Below are positions 1 to 10,550 of a DNA stretch of 64,000 nucleotides, piece by piece. The stretch's first letter is position 1. Every line of letters starts with the position of its first letter. This DNA is from Vulcanimicrobiota bacterium (GTDB lineage: Bacteria > Vulcanimicrobiota > Vulcanimicrobiia > Vulcanimicrobiales > Vulcanimicrobiaceae), in NCBI GenBank assembly GCA_963795855.1, contig CAWCIZ010000002.1:480001-544000 (forward strand), written 5' to 3'. The translations under genes were made by a program, and so were the position numbers. A model generated the notes under the pieces. The model did not search any database, was not told the DNA's origin, and was given only the letters and a program-made list of their open reading frames with translations.

Positions 1-2
1 AC

Positions 3-413
3 GGCGCGAAATTGCTGTACGCATACGCCGAAGCCAGCGTGCCGAAGATTACGATCATCACGCGCAAAGCGTACGGCGGCGCGTACGACGTCATGGCCAG
101 CAAGCACATCCGCGCGGACGTGAACGTCGCCTGGCCCACGGCCGAGATCGCGGTCATGGGCGCGGAAGGCGCCGTTAAAACGATCTTCCGCCGCGACATC
201 GCTGCAGCCGAGAACAAAGAAGCGAAGATGCAGGAACTCGTCGACATGTATACCGAGCGCTTCGCCAACCCGTTCATCGCCGCGCAGCGCGGCTACGTCG
301 ACGACATCATCGAAGCGCGTATGACGCGGCGCGTCATCGCAAAATCGCTGGAGATGCTCGCGAACAAACGCGTCGAGCGCCCAAAACGCAAACATGGAAA
401 CATCCCGCTATGA
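3..413 (+). CDS. pccB: Acyl-CoA carboxylase carboxyltransferase (beta) subunit, C-terminal part (5'-truncated by the window)
   Basis: Motifs [27 protein letters not shown] and terminal RKHGNIPL. Confidence 0.93.
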   Translation, partial: GAKLLYAYAEASVPKITIITRKAYGGAYDVMASKHIRADVNVAWPTAEIAVMGAEGAVKTIFRRDIAAAENKEAKMQELVDMYTERFANPFIAAQRGYVDDIIEARMTRRVIAKSLEMLANKRVERPKRKHGNIPL

Positions 414-1112
414 GCAACACGCGTAAAGAGTTTTTGCTTACGTCTTCGCTTTTCACGCTGGCTCCGGCCATTGCCGGCGCCGAAACGCCCGCGCCGTCGT
501 CCCGTCATCCCGCGCTCGACTTCGCGTTCGACAGCGCGCGCTTCGACGCAGTGCTCGCAAAACCGGCGAAGCATAAGCAGTGCTTCGGGGCGGTGAAGAC
601 TCGCCGGAGGCGACGTGCTGGGCAGCATGACCAATTCCATCGATGCCTACGACTCGTTTTTGAACGAAGGTCCCGGCGCGCTGCAAGCGGTGGCCGTGCT
701 GTATCATGGTCCCGCGATTTTCATGGCGCTCAGCGACGCGGTTTGGAACCGGCTGATCGCGCCGTTCTTCGCGTCGCACGCTTTTCAGAAAGACGCGCCC
801 GCAGACATGCGGCATGACGCGGGCCATCCCGTCGCCGGCAGAGGCAATCCCTATCTCCACTCGACGACCAACGATCCGGACGACGTGAGCGTAGAGCGGC
901 TCGTCGGAAAAGGCGCGTCGTTTTTCGTCTGTCACAACGCGCTCGAAGGGTTCGGCCGCTACATTGCGCAGACGTTGAAACGCGACGTGCGAGAGGTACG
1001 CCGAAGCCTCATTTCGGGAGTCGTGCCGGGTGCGCTCGTCGTTCCCGCCGGCGTGATGGCCATCAACGCCTGCCAGGAAGCGAAGTTCACCTACATCCAG
1101 GCGAGCCTATAG
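410..1112 (+). CDS. Tat-exported DsrE-like protein (apparent frameshift near 597-601)
   Basis: N-terminal TRKEFLL Tat-like signal. ORF 410 joins ORF 615-1112 (FFVCHNAL...VPAGV) if one base is removed at AGACT. ATGA overlap with pccB. Confidence 0.65.
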
Positions 1113-1155
1113 CGGCGAGAGGCGCGGGCTAACGGTGCGGGGTATCTAAACGGCC

Positions 1156-1941
1156 GTGAAGCTCTTGGAGGGAAAGAAAGCGCTCGTCACGGGCGTCGCA
1201 AACCAGTGGTCGATCGCGACGGGAATCGCGCGGCAGATGTACGATCACGGGGCGCAACTGGCGTTCACCTATCAGGGCGAGCGCGTGAAAGAGCAAGTCG
1301 AAAAGATCGCGGCGGAGTTCGGCGGCGGTCCCGTCGTCGAATGCGACGTGTCGTCCGACGAGTCGCTCGCGCGCATGGCCTCATCGCTCGACGCATTCGG
1401 GAAACTCGACACGCTGGTGCACTCCATCGCGTTCGTCAAAAAAGAAGACCTCAGCGGCACCGTCTACAACACGTCGCGCGACGGTTTTTCGATGGCGCTG
1501 GACGTGTCGGCTTATTCGCTGATCGCGCTGGTCAACGCGCTGCACGATCGCATGAACGACGGCGGCTCGATCATGGCGCTCACGTATCTCGGATCGACGG
1601 CAATCGTTCCGAACTACAATATCGCGGGCATATCGAAGGCGGCGCTGGAGTCGATCGTGCGCTATCTGGCATTCGATCTCGGCGCGCGCGGCATTCGCGT
1701 AAACGGCATTTCGGCAGGGCCGATCAAGACCGCGAGTTCGCGTCAGGTCGGCGGGTTTTCGCGCATCCTGGACGTCGTGCCGAAAGTCGCGCCGCTCAAA
1801 CGCAACGTCACCCAAGACGACGTGGGTAACACCGCTGTGTATCTCGCCTCCGATCTCTCCGCGTCGATTACCGCGGACGTCCACTTCGTCGACGCGGGCT
1901 ATCACGCAATGGGGATGTATCCGCCGACGATGACTCCGTAA
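1156..1941 (+). CDS. fabI: Enoyl-ACP reductase FabI
   Basis: GVANQWSIA, ALDVSAYSL, YNIAGISKAALES, ISAGPIKT motifs. Confidence 0.95.
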   Translation: MKLLEGKKALVTGVANQWSIATGIARQMYDHGAQLAFTYQGERVKEQVEKIAAEFGGGPVVECDVSSDESLARMASSLDAFGKLDTLVHSIAFVKKEDLSGTVYNTSRDGFSMALDVSAYSLIALVNALHDRMNDGGSIMALTYLGSTAIVPNYNIAGISKAALESIVRYLAFDLGARGIRVNGISAGPIKTASSRQVGGFSRILDVVPKVAPLKRNVTQDDVGNTAVYLASDLSASITADVHFVDAGYHAMGMYPPTMTP

Positions 1942-2078
1942 TGGAACCGGACGAACTGGCCGCGGTTATTGCGGCGCTCGAAGCGCTTCGCCGCGAAAAT
2001 GCGCCGGAGCAGCCGGTGCGGCAGTCCGCCTGGAAACTCGCAGCTCGGCGCGAAGCCGTATCCGATGACGTTCTCTAA
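1941..2078 (+). CDS. Acyl-CoA carboxylase epsilon-subunit-like small protein (45 aa, not in ORF track)
   Basis: MEPDELAAVIAALEALRRENAPEQPVRQSAWKLAARREAVSDDVL. TAATG coupling to the fabI stop; overlaps the carboxylase start; ELAA...SAW pattern of AccE proteins. Confidence 0.7.
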   Translation: MEPDELAAVIAALEALRRENAPEQPVRQSAWKLAARREAVSDDVL

Positions 2079-3826
2079 GGTCCTGATCGCGAACCGCGGC
2101 GAAATTGCGATGCGGATCATTCGCACTGCGCGTGAGATGGGGATTGCGACGGTCGCGGTCTATTCCGAAATCGACCGCGACGCGCTGCACGTGCGCATGG
2201 CGGACGAAGCATTTTTGCTCGGTCCCGCCTCACCGTCGCAGAGCTATCTCAACATCGAGAAACTGCTCGACGCCGCCAGGCGTTCCGGCGCGCAAGGTAT
2301 CCATCCCGGCTATGGATTTCTGGCCGAGAGTGCGCCCTTCGCGCGAGCCGTCATCGACGCCGGATTCGTTTGGATCGGGCCGCATCCGGACGCAATCGAT
2401 GCGATGGGCGACAAGGTACGCGCGCGGATCGCGATGATCGAAGCCGGCGTTCCCGTCGTGCCCGGCGGTACGGAAGCAATCGAGGACGAGCGGGCAGCGC
2501 GCGACGCAGCGAAAAAGTACGGCTTGCCGCTCGCACTCAAAGCATCGGGCGGAGGCGGCGGAAAAGGTTTGAAGGTCGCGCGCACGCTGGAGGAATTGCC
2601 GTCTGCGCTTGCGACCGCGCAGCGCGAAGCGGTGGCCTATTTCAGGAACGGCACGATCTACGCCGAGCGCTATCTCGACAACCCGAAACACGTGGAACTG
2701 CAGATTCTCGCCGACAAGCACGGCACCGTTCTGCACGTGGGCGAACGCGACTGCTCCCTTCAGCGCCGTCATCAAAAGCTTTGGGAAGAAGCGCCGGCTA
2801 CGATCTCCGATGCCGTGCGGCAAGGCATGCGCGAGGCCGGAATCCGCGCAGCCAAGGCGATCGGATACGACAGCGTCGGAACGATAGAGTGCCTCGTGAG
2901 CGGGGACGAGTTCTACTTTCTCGAGATGAACACGCGCATTCAGGTCGAGCACACTGTGAGCGAAATGATCGCCGGTTTGGATTTGATTCGCGAACAGATT
3001 CGCGTCGCGGCCGGCGAGAAGCTCGGCTACGATCAATCCGCGATCGTTTTTCGCGGGCACGCCATCGAAGGACGAGTCAACGCCGAGGATCCGTCTCAAA
3101 ACTTCCGCCCTGCACCCGGAACGGTAACCGCGTATCGCGAGCCGGCCGGCCCCGGCGTGCGAATCGACTCCGCGGCTTTCCCCGGTTTTACGATTACGCC
3201 GGACTACGATTCGATGATCGCCAAACTCGTCGTGTGGGCGCCGACGCGCGAACAAGCCATTGCGCGGCTGCGGCGCGCGATCGACGAATACGAGATCGGC
3301 GGCGTGCCGACGACGCTTCCGCTGCTGCGCGCGCTTTGCGATCATGGCCCGGTTGCAGATGCGAGTTACGGAACGGCCACACTCGAAGCGTTCGCCGCGG
3401 AGCTCGTATGCGGCAAACGGCGCATCGCACGCGAGTTCGGGAGCGGCGGCCGAATCTTCGGCTGCGGACCATGGCGATTTCAACGCGCCGCCGATTCGCG
3501 TCGAGGTGAACGGCAAACTTTATCGCGTGCGCGTTCTCGATCTGCCCGTGCGTCAGGCATTGCCGAAAGCAGCACCACGCACTGCGCGCAAGAACCGCGG
3601 CGTCGCGGCGAGCGGCAACGACGTCACTTCACCGATGCACGGCGTCGTCGTCGAAATCGTGGTCAAACAGGGCGACGCCGTCGAGCAGGGACAAGTCGTG
3701 GCGGTCATCGAGGCGATGAAAATGATGAACGAAATTCGCGCGGCAAAATCGGGAACCGCCGCGAAAATTCACGTCGGCGCCGGCGACACGGTCGAAGCGC
3801 AGTCGCCGCTCGTCACGCTTGCGTGA
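2065..3826 (+). CDS. Biotin carboxylase / biotin carboxyl carrier fusion (acyl-CoA carboxylase alpha subunit); frameshift near 3401
   Basis: KVLIANRGEIA, HPGYGFLAE, GGGGGKG, FLEMNTRIQVEH; biotinylation motif EAMKM lies in the shifted frame (ORF 3260-3826). Confidence 0.92.
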
Positions 3827-3839
3827 GCGCCCGTCCGAT

Positions 3840-4301
3840 CTAGATTTCGATCCGCACGTTTTCGAACGAGACGTGCGCGTCGCCCACGAAACGCTTGCCG
3901 AGTTCCTTGTCCGTGCGGTTGAACGTCGCGGGATGCACGTGCACCTGCAGCAGATACGCGCCGCTCTCCGGCACGCAAACGTTTGCCCCGTAATGGTTTT
4001 GCTCGGGATCCCACACGAACGGCAAATGCGAGGACGCCGCTTGCCCGCCGCGGCCGTCGAGCAGGGTCGCGACCACGTTTAATCCGGGAAGGAACCGGCC
4101 ATCGAGCACGTCCTTGACGATCACGTCCACATGCACGTTCTGCTGCTGCGGCTCTTGCCATTCGAGCTTGCCGGCGCTGAATTCGTACAGGCCCTTCGCC
4201 GGTCCGATGCGGTAGGAGATCGCGTAGTCTCCCGCGGTCTTCTTCTCTGTGCCGTCGGGCGCGTTTTCGCCCGGTTTGACGACCAACTCCGTGTTTCGCA
4301 T
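3840..4301 (-). CDS. P19/Tp34-like 'iron transporter' family protein
   Basis: [16 protein letters not shown] and downstream G.Y.L.V..P..F.R pattern resemble the Fe2+ transport family; no signal peptide. Confidence 0.5.
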   Translation of the reverse strand: MRNTELVVKPGENAPDGTEKKTAGDYAISYRIGPAKGLYEFSAGKLEWQEPQQQNVHVDVIVKDVLDGRFLPGLNVVATLLDGRGGQAASSHLPFVWDPEQNHYGANVCVPESGAYLLQVHVHPATFNRTDKELGKRFVGDAHVSFENVRIEI

Positions 4302-4371
4302 GAGAACAGCCTTCCCACTTCGCGCTGCGCTGCCACGGATGACCGGGCGGCTGCGTCGAAGAACCGGCCGA

Positions 4372-5950
4372 ATGCCTCGCAGTGAAAACGCGAGCGGGAT
4401 TCCGCTCGAACCCGTCTACGACCGCGCAGCCGGCCCGCCCCACGAACCGGGTGAACCCGGCAGGTTTCCCTTCGTGCGCGGCGTGCGTAAGGATATGTAC
4501 CGCGGGCGGTTGTGGACGATGCGCCAATATGCGGGTTTTGCGACGGCGGCGGAATCGAACGCCCGTTACCGCTATCTGCTGGAGCGCGGCACGACAGGGT
4601 TATCCGTCGCGTTCGACCTGCCGACGCAGCTCGGTTACGATTCGGATGCGCCGCAGTCGCGCGGAGAGGTCGGGAAAGTCGGCGTAGCCATCGACAGCGT
4701 TGCCGATATGGAAACGCTGTTCGACGCGATTCCGCTCGAGCGCGTGACCGTGTCGATGACGATCAACGCGCCCGCGTCGATTATCTTGTCGATGCTGCTC
4801 GCCGTCGCGCGCCGGCGCGGCATCGCGTTCGACAAACTCGGCGGGACCATCCAAAACGACGTCCTCAAAGAATACGTCGCCCGCGGGACGTACATTTATC
4901 CGCCGAAACCTTCCATGCGGCTCGTTACCGACGTCATGTCGTACTGCGCTCGAGAGCTTGCCGCAGTGGAACACGATCTCGATTTCCGGCTATCACATTC
5001 GCGAAGCCGGATCCACGGCGCTCGAAGAGATCGCGTTCACGCTTTCGAACGGCAAGGCGTACTTGCGCGCCGCGCGCGACGCGGGAATCGATTTGGACGA
5101 CATCGCGCCGCGCTTATCGTTCTTTTGGAACGCGCACAACGATCTCTTCGAAGAGGTGGCGAAATTCCGGGCCGCGCGCTATTTGTGGGCACACATCACG
5201 CGCGATGAATTCGGCTGCAAAAACCCGCGTTCGCAGATGCTGCGGTTCCACACGCAAACCGCGGGTTCGACCCTCACCGCGCAAGAGCCGGAGAATAACG
5301 TCATCCGGGTCACGCTGCAAGCGCTCGCGGCGGTGCTGGGCGGCACCCAGTCGCTGCATACGAACGGCAAGGACGAAGCGTTGGCGCTGCCGACCGCGCA
5401 AGCGGCGAAGATCGCGCTGCGCACGCAGCAAATCATCGGCTACGAAAGCGGCGTCACCGATGTCGTCGATCCGCTGGCGGGCTCGTTTTACGTCGAAACG
5501 CTGACGAACGCACTGATCGAACGCTCGCGGGCGCTGATTCGCGAAGTCGACGACCTCGGCGGCAGCGTTGCCGCAATCGAGAGCGGATGGATGCAAACGC
5601 GCATCGCCGAGTCCGCGTATCGAGCGCAGCAGGCGGTGGAGAGTGGCGAGCAGGTCGTAGTCGGCGTGAACCGCTTCGCCGAGCCGGGCGAGCACGCGGC
5701 GATTCCCCTGCAGCGCGTCGACGACGCGGTCGAGCACCAGCAGCGCGCGCGGTTGAATGCGTTTCGGGCTGCGCGCGACGGTGCAGCGGTCGACGCTTGC
5801 CTCGAACGCGTGCGGCGCGCGGCGAACGGGAGCGAGAATCTCATGCCTCTTTTCATCGATGCGGTCGACGCCGGCGCGACCCTGGGTGAAGTTTGCGACG
5901 TCCTGCGCGAGGTCTTCGGCGTCTATCGTGCGCCGGAGGTCGTCGCGTAA
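4372..5950 (+). CDS. Methylmalonyl-CoA mutase, substrate-binding (large) subunit without a B12-binding domain; frameshift near 4955
   Basis: [54 protein letters not shown]. Confidence 0.93.
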
Positions 5951-6345
5951 TGCAGATCGACCACGTCGCCATCGTCGTGAAAGATCTGGAGCGAACGATA
6001 GATCTCTACGTCAACACGCTCGGTTTCGAACAAGTCTATCGCGAAACCGTTACCGATCAGGGCGTCGAAGCCGTCGGCCTGCGCGCAGGCGAATCGGTAA
6101 TCGAACTGCTGCGCCCGCTGGACGAGTCGTCGGCGATCGCGAAATACCGCGGCGAGGCGCCGACGAAGCTGCATCATACGGCATATCGCGTTGCCGATCT
6201 GGAAGGGGAATTACGCCGCTTGAGAGCGGCCGGCGTCCGGCTCATCGACGAACGCCCGCGCAAAGGGGCGCACGGAAACCTCATCGCGTTCTTACACCCA
6301 AAGAGCACGGCGGGCGTGCTCGTCGAGTTGTGCCAGCGTCAGTAA
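5950..6345 (+). CDS. mce: Methylmalonyl-CoA epimerase
   Basis: IDHVAIVV, IELLRP, LHH, FLHPKSTAGVLVEL; TAATG coupling to the mutase. Confidence 0.93.
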   Translation: MQIDHVAIVVKDLERTIDLYVNTLGFEQVYRETVTDQGVEAVGLRAGESVIELLRPLDESSAIAKYRGEAPTKLHHTAYRVADLEGELRRLRAAGVRLIDERPRKGAHGNLIAFLHPKSTAGVLVELCQRQ

Positions 6346-6911
6346 GGAACGCCTTTTTTGCGCTGTTCCCGCAGCGCGTCCATGTACCAGTAGAATTCGT
6401 CGAAAAAGCGCTTCGAATGGGTGCGAAACTCCGGGTCCGCCGGCTCGCCCTCGTCGCTAAAAGCCGTTCCGACGTTCGGCACGGGGAGCGTCGATGGAAT
6501 CGAGGACATGCCGAGCTCTCCCAGCGTCATCCGCAACTGCATCGCGGCGCGAACGCCGCCGAAGCGGCCGCCGGAATACGAGACGATCGCCGACGGCCGC
6601 CAAAAATACTCCTCGAGAAAATAGTCGAGTATGTTCTTGAGCGCCGGCGGAATTCCATGATTGTACTCGCCGGTCACGATCGCGAAGCCGTCCGCAGCGC
6701 GATACAACTGCGCCAGTTCCTCGAGCGCTTCCGGCGCCTTGCCCGCGGGGTAATCCGAGTACTGCATTTCCAATAACGGAAGCCGGTGTTCCAGCGGATC
6801 GACGAGCGTCGAGCTGCACCCGAGCCGCGCAAGCTCTTTCTGCACGAAACGCGCGAGTTTGATCCCCTGCCGCTCGACGCGAACCGATCCGAAGATCACG
6901 GGCACGTTCAT
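6339..6911 (-). CDS. NADPH-dependent FMN reductase
   Basis: GSVR..R, EYNHGIPPALKN, GGVRA motifs. Confidence 0.9.
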   Translation of the reverse strand: MNVPVIFGSVRVERQGIKLARFVQKELARLGCSSTLVDPLEHRLPLLEMQYSDYPAGKAPEALEELAQLYRAADGFAIVTGEYNHGIPPALKNILDYFLEEYFWRPSAIVSYSGGRFGGVRAAMQLRMTLGELGMSSIPSTLPVPNVGTAFSDEGEPADPEFRTHSKRFFDEFYWYMDALREQRKKGVPY

Positions 6912-6949
6912 GAAGGCACCCTTCACCGTGGTTCGCGAAATTACCGTCC

Positions 6950-7858
6950 ATGGCTCGCAAGCGATCGCGCCGGCGCCGCGCTAATCCGGTGCCGCTCTTT
7001 CTTTTTGCTTTGGTTCTCGGCGCGATCGTCGCCTGGGCCGTCTATCCGCGTAAGCACCCCCGCCGTCACGAAACGCCGCACCACACCGTCGCGGTTGCAA
7101 CACCGGCGCCGCAAAACGCCGAAACGCCGGCGCCTTCGCCCTCGCCCTCGCTCGCCGCAGCTTCGCCCGCCGCCGCTTCACCCGCGGCCGCGTCGACGAG
7201 CCCGGTGCAGGTCGCGCTCATCATCGACGACTGCGGTCAGTGGTTGAGTACGGAGCAAGCCTTGATCGCGCTGCCGATTCCCATCACGATGTCGGTCCTT
7301 CCGCACGTGCGGTACACGGCGCGTATCGCGCAAGAAGCCGCAGATGCAGGCAAAGGCGTCATGCTGCATCTTCCGATGGAGCCGCTTTCGCACGCCTACC
7401 CCGGTCCGGGCGAAGTGAAGGACGCAATGACGGACGAGCAAGTCGCAAAGCAAACGGAGGACGACGTCGCGCAAGTGCCGCTCGCGAAGGGCGCGAACAA
7501 TCATGAGGGCAGCGCCGCGAGTTCGGACGAGCGCGTCATGAAAGACGTCGTCGCCGTATTCAAAGAACACGGCTTGTTCTTCGTCGATTCCCGCACGAGC
7601 GCAAAGAGCGTCGCGCAGCAAACCGCGCAAGACGCCGGCGTTCCGAACGCCAAACGAGACGTGTTCCTGGATGACCAAGCCGATGTTGCGTACACCGAAA
7701 CCATGCTCGAACGCGCCGTGGCCATAGCCAGACGCAACGGCTCCGCCATCGCCATCGGCCACCCAAAGCCAACGACGCTCGCGGCCATCCGGGACTTGTA
7801 TCCAAAGATGCAGGCGCAAGGCGTGCAGTTCGTCTTAGCGCAAACGCTGGTTCACTAA
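6950..7858 (+). CDS. Divergent polysaccharide deacetylase (YibQ family), membrane anchored
   Basis: ALIIDDCG, LHLPMEP, NNHEGS, FVDSRT, RDVFLD, IAIGHP. Confidence 0.9.
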   Translation: MARKRSRRRRANPVPLFLFALVLGAIVAWAVYPRKHPRRHETPHHTVAVATPAPQNAETPAPSPSPSLAAASPAAASPAAASTSPVQVALIIDDCGQWLSTEQALIALPIPITMSVLPHVRYTARIAQEAADAGKGVMLHLPMEPLSHAYPGPGEVKDAMTDEQVAKQTEDDVAQVPLAKGANNHEGSAASSDERVMKDVVAVFKEHGLFFVDSRTSAKSVAQQTAQDAGVPNAKRDVFLDDQADVAYTETMLERAVAIARRNGSAIAIGHPKPTTLAAIRDLYPKMQAQGVQFVLAQTLVH

Positions 7859-7864
7859 AACGGC

Positions 7865-9385
7865 TTACAGGTTGGGTGCGAGCGCCGCATCGATTTCGGT
7901 CTCGAACGTCCTGTTCCAAGGCAGCGTGACGTTCATCGCCGCGATGTGATATCCCGGATCGAGCTGCTGAAGAATTGCCGCGCCGCGATTCCATAACGCC
8001 GCGCTGTTGAACTGCGCCACCGGCGCGGCTTGCTCCGGAAGCAGATACGTGTGATCCGCAATCCCCGCGGCGTCGAGCATACGATTGAGTTCCGGCCGGA
8101 CGTAGTCGTGGAACGCGTAGTCGTCGAGGATGCGGTTGAACGTAAACGTTTTGTGCGCGAGCGCGTCGTACGTTCCGGCACGTCTTCCGACGTTCGCCGC
8201 AACCGCCTCGGCAACCGCGGTGCCGACGGTGTTTGCGTTCGTATTCCAAGACGAGTACGCATCGAGTCCGGAGGCTATGCCCGTTGCGAGCAGTTCTTCG
8301 GCAAAATGCGCCTGAGGCGCAAACGTGTTTTCCAAAAACGTCAAATCGGCAAACGCCACGGAAACGCCGGACTGCTCGTCTGCGTGCATCGCCGAAAGAA
8401 GCGACGCGTCGTCCGCTGCGGTAGAATCCGGTACGCGAACGTACAACACGATGTCGGGGCGAGAGTCCACTCTTTGCGCGCCGCAAAGTTTGACGAGCGA
8501 ACCGATCGCGACGTCGATGGGCGCGTATTCGAGCGGGTCGTTGTACGTGCCGCCGCCCGGGCGGGAATACCGCACCTCTATGCGCGGCGCCCAGCCGATG
8601 TTTCGCGCGAGCGCTTGCGCGACCATGGCCATGCCGAGTTCGTCGGCGCCGGGTTCGATTGCGACGCGCTGCTCGAGGTTCTGCTGCTCCACCGAGGCGC
8701 GAAGCGCCGCGACGTCCTTCAAATGCAGCCCGACCGGACCTGCGTCGTCTTGCCCGAGCACGAGATCGTCGACGTCATTCTGCCCGGTCAAGCGGATTGC
8801 AAGCAGATCGACGGACAGATTGCGCGCTCGCGTTTGAAGATACGCATTCAGCGTGTCGTCGCCGATTAGCGCTCGCAAACGCGCTGCGCGCGCGGCCTCG
8901 CTCGCAAGCGGCGGATCGTGCAGATTCGCATACTGCTGCAAATAGTCCCAAGCGGGATACGCCGCAAAAAAGTTTTTTGCCGGACCGATTGCCGGAACGC
9001 CTGTCGGCGCGAGGCGCATAACGGTTCCGAACGCGCCGATCCAACCGTGCGGGTGCAGTCGCCGGAGCGTGCGCAACTCTTGCAATCGAAAGTACGCGTC
9101 CGCATACGAAACGCCCGGCACGCGTGAGGCGACGAGCCCCCCGTACGCCAGCATATCCGTAGATACGACGACGCTCGACGCGGGGCGTGCTTGCGCACCG
9201 TTGAGCCACGCGGCGATGGCGTCGGGGCGACCGAAGGTGAGATAGTTTCCCAGCAGCGCCCGCGGCGGTTCTGCGATCGTTACGCCCGCGATTCGGCCGA
9301 GCATCTGCGGAAGTTGCCGCGTGACCGGACGATCGTCCAAGGGCACGAATGCTATAAGGGCAAAAAAAAGCGCCGCGAGTTTCAC
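7865..9385 (-). CDS. DUF4127 family protein
   Basis: VPLDDRP, DMLAYGGLVASR, GQDD, PGADE, YSSWNTNANTVG. Confidence 0.85.
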   Translation of the reverse strand: MKLAALFFALIAFVPLDDRPVTRQLPQMLGRIAGVTIAEPPRALLGNYLTFGRPDAIAAWLNGAQARPASSVVVSTDMLAYGGLVASRVPGVSYADAYFRLQELRTLRRLHPHGWIGAFGTVMRLAPTGVPAIGPAKNFFAAYPAWDYLQQYANLHDPPLASEAARAARLRALIGDDTLNAYLQTRARNLSVDLLAIRLTGQNDVDDLVLGQDDAGPVGLHLKDVAALRASVEQQNLEQRVAIEPGADELGMAMVAQALARNIGWAPRIEVRYSRPGGGTYNDPLEYAPIDVAIGSLVKLCGAQRVDSRPDIVLYVRVPDSTAADDASLLSAMHADEQSGVSVAFADLTFLENTFAPQAHFAEELLATGIASGLDAYSSWNTNANTVGTAVAEAVAANVGRRAGTYDALAHKTFTFNRILDDYAFHDYVRPELNRMLDAAGIADHTYLLPEQAAPVAQFNSAALWNRGAAILQQLDPGYHIAAMNVTLPWNRTFETEIDAALAPNL

Positions 9386-9407
9386 GTCTGCGGCGCTTTT
9401 CGCGTCT

Positions 9408-9575
9408 TTAAACCGTGGCGCCTCGTCCTGTGAGCAGGTTCACGAAGAGCAGCACCACCGCAACCGCAAAGAGTATCCAAATCCAGCCGGCCAAAAAGTG
9501 TAGAATCAGGCCTGCGATCCAGATCGCGAACAAAATCACGATGACGGTCCACAGGATTCCCGCGAGAGCAGCCAT
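9408..9575 (-). CDS. Small membrane protein (lmo0937/DUF5670-like)
   Basis: 55-aa hydrophobic ORF LWTVIVILFAIW...LLTGR; strong SD AAAGGAGG. Confidence 0.75.
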   Translation of the reverse strand: MAALAGILWTVIVILFAIWIAGLILHFLAGWIWILFAVAVVLLFVNLLTGRGATV

Positions 9576-9659
9576 GGTTTCCTCCTTTCCCCATCGGGGC
9601 ATTCGAGCGCTTGACCTTGTGCCCGGTCCCAGCTGCTACTAACGTACCCAAACTCGCGG

Positions 9660-10550
9660 CTACTCCAAGGTGATGCGAAGCGAACCGCCGCGTGCTTGCA
9701 AAAGCGCGCGCGCCCCTTCCGCGTTCACGTTCTTGCGTGAAATCACGACGGCAACTTTGACGCTCCCGTGTGCCTGCTGCAAGAGATCGGCTGCGCGCGC
9801 CTCGTCGACGTCCGCGAGTTGCGTGACGAGCCGCAACGCGCGTTTACGCAGTTTCGCGTTGGTCGCGACGACGTCCACCATGAGATTGTCGTGTACTTTG
9901 CCCAAACGCACCATGACCGCCGTTGAAAGCGTGTTGAGCAAAATTTTTTGCGAGGTGCCGGCCTTGAGCCTGGTCGACCCGGTCAACGGCTCCGGACCCG
10001 TCGAGAGCACGATGCCGCTGTCGCACGCGCGCGGCAGCGGAGAGCCGGCGCTGTTTGCGACGCCGAACGTCCAGGCTCCGATTTCTCGCGCAGCACGCAT
10101 CGCGCCGAGCACGAACGGCGCTGCTCCACTCGCGCTCATGCCCACGACCGCATCGTTCGAAGCGACGTGATCGCGCATTTCGCGTTCGCCGGCAGCGGCA
10201 TCGTCTTCCGCACCTTCGACGGCTCGCGTAAGCGCGCCGATTCCGCCCGCGATATGCGCGCACACGAGCGACGGATCCGTGCCGAACGTGGGCGGCATTT
10301 CCGAAGCGTCGAGAAATCCGAGACGGCCGCTGGTGCCCGCGCCTACGTAATGCAGCCGGCCGCCCGCGCGAATGCGTGAACTGATTTCTTCAACCGCGCG
10401 CGCAAGCTCATCGCTCACCGCGCTCACTGCTTCCACCGCCGCGCGCTGCTCGGAGGCGAGAATGCGAACCAAATCGCGCGTTTCCATCTCGTCGAGGCCC
10501 GATGTGTTCGGATTGACCGCCTCGGTCTGCGGTAGCGGGGAATCGCTCAT
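9660..10550 (-). CDS. murQ: N-acetylmuramic acid 6-phosphate etherase
   Basis: YVGAGTSGRLG, DASEMPPTFG, GPEPLTGSTRLKAGTSQK, NLMVDV. Confidence 0.95.
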   Translation of the reverse strand: MSDSPLPQTEAVNPNTSGLDEMETRDLVRILASEQRAAVEAVSAVSDELARAVEEISSRIRAGGRLHYVGAGTSGRLGFLDASEMPPTFGTDPSLVCAHIAGGIGALTRAVEGAEDDAAAGEREMRDHVASNDAVVGMSASGAAPFVLGAMRAAREIGAWTFGVANSAGSPLPRACDSGIVLSTGPEPLTGSTRLKAGTSQKILLNTLSTAVMVRLGKVHDNLMVDVVATNAKLRKRALRLVTQLADVDEARAADLLQQAHGSVKVAVVISRKNVNAEGARALLQARGGSLRITLE

